Assembly (NCBI GenBank): GCA_964016885.1
Contig: OZ024755.1
Span: 31,186,001 to 31,250,000 of the forward strand
From: Eledone cirrhosa
Taxonomy: Eukaryota
DNA: 64,000 nt
Direction: 5' to 3'
Shown: positions 60,401-64,000 of the stretch, piece after piece
Position numbering within the stretch: the first letter of the stretch is position 1
How the letters are laid out: each line of letters begins with the position of its first letter
Program-made: the position numbers and the translations under genes
Notes under the pieces: generated by a model
Told to the model about the DNA's origin: nothing
The model's database searches: none
The model's input: only the letters and a program-made list of their open reading frames with translations

Positions 60401-63400
60401 GTGCAGGCTGTAGTGATGGAGGTGATAGTGCAGGTTGTAGTGATGGAGGTGGTACTGCAGGTTGTAGTGATGGAGGTGATAGTGCAGGTTGTAGTGATGG
60501 AGGTGATAGTGCAGGCTGTAGTGATGGAGGTGATAGTGCAGGCTGTAGTGATGGAGGTGATAGTGTAGGTTGTAGTGATGGAGGTGATAGTGCAGGTTGT
60601 AGTGATGGAGGTGGTACTGCAGGCTGTAGTGATGGAGGTGATAGTGCAGGCTGTAGTGATGGAGGTGATACTGCAGGTTGTAGTGATGGAGGTGGTACTG
60701 CAGGTTGTAGTGATGGAGGTGATAGTGCAGGTTGTAGTGATGGAGGTGATAGTGCAGGCTGTAGTGATGGAGGTGATAGTGCAGGCTGTAGTGATGGAGG
60801 TGATAGTGTAGGTTGTAGTGATGGAGGTGATAGTGCAGGTTGTAGTGATGGAGGTGGTACTGCAGGCTGTAGTGATGGAGGTGATAGTGCAGGCTGTAGT
60901 GATGGAGGTGATAGTGCAGGTTGTAGTGATGGAGGTGGTACTGCAGGCTGTAGTGATGGAGGTGATAGTGTAGGTTGTAGTGATGGAGGTGATAGTGCAG
61001 GCTGTAGTGATGGAGGTGATAGTGCAGGCTGTAGTGATGGAGGTGATAGTGTAGGTTGTAGTGATGGAGGTGATAGTGCAGGCTGTAGTGATGGAGGTGA
61101 TAGTGCAGGTTGTAGTGATGGAGGTGGTACTGCAGGCTGTAGTGATGGAGGTGATAGTGCAGGCTGTAGTGATGGAGGTGATACTGCAGGTTGTAGTGAT
61201 GGAGGTGGTACTGCAGGCTGTAGTGATGGAGGTGATAGTGCAGGTTGTAGTGATGGAGGTGATAGTGCAGGCTGTAGTGATGGAGGTGATAGTGCAGGCT
61301 GTAGTGATGGAGGTGATAGTGCAGGTTGTAGTGATGGAGGTGATACTGCAGGCTGTAGTGATGGAGGTGATAGTGCAGGTTGTAGTGATGGAGGTGGTAC
61401 TGCAGGCTGTAGTGATGGAGGTGATAGTGCAGGTTGTAGTGATGGAGGTGATAGTGCAGGCTCTAGTGATGGAGGTGATAGTGTAGGTTGTAGTGATGGA
61501 GGTGATAGTGCAGGCTGTAGTGATGGAGGTGATAGTGCAGGTTGTAGTGATGGAGGTGATAGTGCAGGTTGTAGTGATGGAGGTGATAGTGTAGGTTGTA
61601 GTGATGGAGGTGATAGTGCAGGCTGTAGTGATGGAGGTGATAGTAAAGGTTGTAGTGATGGAGGTGATAGTGCAGGCTGTAGTGATGGAGGTGATAGTGC
61701 AGGTTGTAGTGATGGAGGTGATAGTGCAGGCTGTAGTGATGGAGGTGATAGTGCAGGTTGTAGTGATGGAGGTGATAGTGCAGGTTGTAGTGATGGAGGT
61801 GATACTGCAGGTTGTAGTGATGGAGGTGATAGTGTAGGTTGTAGTGATGGAGGTGATAGTGCAGGCTGTAGTGATGGAGGTGATAGTAAAGGTTGTAGTG
61901 ATGGAGGTGATAGTGCAGGCTGTAGTGATGGAGGTGATACTGCAGGTTGTAGTGATGGAGGTGATAGTGCAGGCTGTAGTGATGGAGGTGATAGTAAAGG
62001 TTGTAGTGATGGAGGTGATAGTGCAGGCTGTAGTGATGGAGGTGATAGTGCAGGTTGTAGTGATGGAGGTGATAGTAAAGGTTGTAGTGATGGAGGTGAT
62101 AGTGCAGGTTGTAGTGATGGAGGTGATAGTGCAGGTTGTAGTGATGGAGGTGATAGTGCAGGTTGTAGTGATGGAGGTGATAGTGCAGGTTGTAGTGATG
62201 GAGGTGATAGTGCAGGCTGTAGTGATGGAGGTGATAGTGCAGGTTGTAGTGATGGAGGTGATAGTGCAGGCTGTAGTGATGGAGGTGATAGTGCAGGCTG
62301 TAGTGATGGAGGTGATAGTGCAGGCTGTAGTGATGAAGGTGATAGTGCAGGCTGTAGTGATGGAGGTGATAGTAAAGGTTGTAGTGATGGAGGTGATAGT
62401 GCAGGCTGTAGTGATGGAGGTGATAGTGCAGGTTGTAGTGATGGAGGTGATAGTAAAGGTTGTAGTGATGGAGGTGATAGTGCAGGCTGTAGTGATGAAG
62501 GTGATAGTGCAGGCTGTAGTGATGGAGGTGATAGTGCAGGCTGTAGTGATGGAGGTGATAGTGCAGGTTGTAGTGATGGAGGTGATAGTGCAGGTTGTAG
62601 TGATGGAGGTGATAGTGCAGGTTGTAGTGATGGAGGTGATAGTGCAGGCTGTAGTGATGGAGGTGATAGTGCAGGTTGTAGTGATGGAGGTGATAGTGCA
62701 GGTTGTAGTGATGGAGGTGATAGTGCAGGTTGTAGTGATGGAGGTGATACTGCAGGCTGTAGTGATGGAGGTGATACTGCAGGTTGTAGTGATGGAGGTG
62801 ATAGTGCAGGTTGTAGTGATGGAGGTGATAGTGCAGGCTGTAGTGATGGAGGTGATAGTGCAGGTTGTAGTGATGGAGGTGATAGTGCAGGTTGTAGTGA
62901 TGGAGGTGATAGTGCAGGTTGTAGTGATGGAGGTGATAGTGCAGGTTGTAGTGATGGAGGTGATAGTGCAGGTTGTAGTGATGGAGGTGATAGTGCAGGC
63001 TGTAGTGATGGAGGTGATAGTGCAGGCTGTAGTGATGGAGGTGATAGTGCAGGTTGTAGTGATGGAGGTGATAGTGCAGGCTGTAGTGATGGAGGTGATA
63101 GTGCAGGTTGTAGTGATGGAGGTGATAGTGCAGGTTGTAGTGATGGAGGTGATAGTGCAGGTTGTAGTGATGGAGGTGATAGTGCAGGTTGTAGTGATGG
63201 AGGTGATAGTGCAGGTTGTAGTGATGGAGGTGATAGTGCAGGTTGTAGTGATGGAGGTGATACTGCAGGTTGTAGTGATGGAGGTGATAGTGCAGGTTGT
63301 AGTGATGGAGGTGATAGTGCAGGCTGTAGTGATGGAGGTGATAGTGCAGGTTGTAGTGATGGAGGTGATAGTGCAGGTTGTAGTGATGGAGGTGATAGTG

Positions 63401-64000
63401 CAGGCTGTAGTGATGGAGGTGATACTGCAGGTTGTAGTGATGGAGGTGATAGTGCAGGCTGTAGTGATGGAGGTGATAGTGTAGGTTGTAGTGATGGAGG
63501 TGATACTGCAGGTTGTAGTGATGGAGGTGATAGTGCAGGCTGTAGTGATGGAGGTGATAGTGCAGGTTGTAGTGATGGAGGTGATACTGCAGGTTGTAGT
63601 GATGGAGGTGATAGTGCAGGTTGTAGTGATGGAGGTGATAGTGCAGGTTGTAGTGATGGAGGTGATAGTGCAGGTTGTAGTGATGGAGGTGATACTGCAG
63701 GTTGTAGTGATGGAGGTGATAGTGCAGGTTGTAGTGATGGAGGTGATAGTGCAGGCTGTAGTGATGGAGGTGATAGTGCAGGTTGTAGTGATGGAGGTGA
63801 TAGTGCAGGTTGTAGTGATGGAGGTGATAGTGCAGGTTGTAGTGATGGAGGTGATACTGCAGGTTGTAGTGATGGAGGTGATAGTGCAGGCTGTAGTGAT
63901 GGAGGTGATAGTGCAGGCTGTAGTGATGGAGGTGATACTGCAGGTTGTAGTGATGGAGGTGATAGTGCAGGCTGTAGTGATGGAGGTGATAGTGCAGGTT
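51421..64000. repeat. 27-bp satellite array, ~466 units, continues beyond window
   Basis: Unit agtgatggaggtgata(g/c)tgcagg(c/t)tgt. The tracked ORF starts I checked in the array differ by exact multiples of 27, so register is conserved. Confidence 0.98.

Noticed and set aside
52232-63484. Giant MEVIVQAVV ORFs (1248, 1059 and 546 aa) as proteins
   Set aside because: Translation of the 27-bp satellite; this frame is repeatedly interrupted by TAG variants and has no unique sequence.

Overview
Repeat-dominated animal genomic DNA, most likely an octopus or other cephalopod. This is inferred from the tRNA-derived SINE families, RTE LINEs and very abundant (TA)n/(TATG)n tracts. No intact, recognisable host protein gene is present; there are only a few candidate plus-strand splice sites and exons. 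Main contents: (1) about 18 RTE-clade LINE fragments, including a 5' end with an open APE endonuclease frame running off the window start (missed by the ORF track) and a 643-aa RT frame with a PHD-like C4HC3 finger downstream of the RT core. (2) Two or three SINE families, a young ~580-bp RTE-derived non-autonomous element, a CR1-like 3' end, and mariner/piggyBac/Helitron-like non-autonomous elements. (3) One Penelope-like RT remnant plus a dozen or more hammerhead-ribozyme-like motifs from several sequence-distinct families, mostly in short non-coding inverted-repeat units (pLTR/retrozyme-like). (4) Several minisatellites that visibly grew out of transposon ends. (5) A >12.5-kb indel-free 27-bp satellite with three stop-free reading frames (SDGGDSAGC, TACTITSIT, LQPALSPPS) that the ORF track does not show. 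Most tracked ORFs are microsatellite or antisense artefacts. All calls were read by eye; coordinates are approximate to a few bases.
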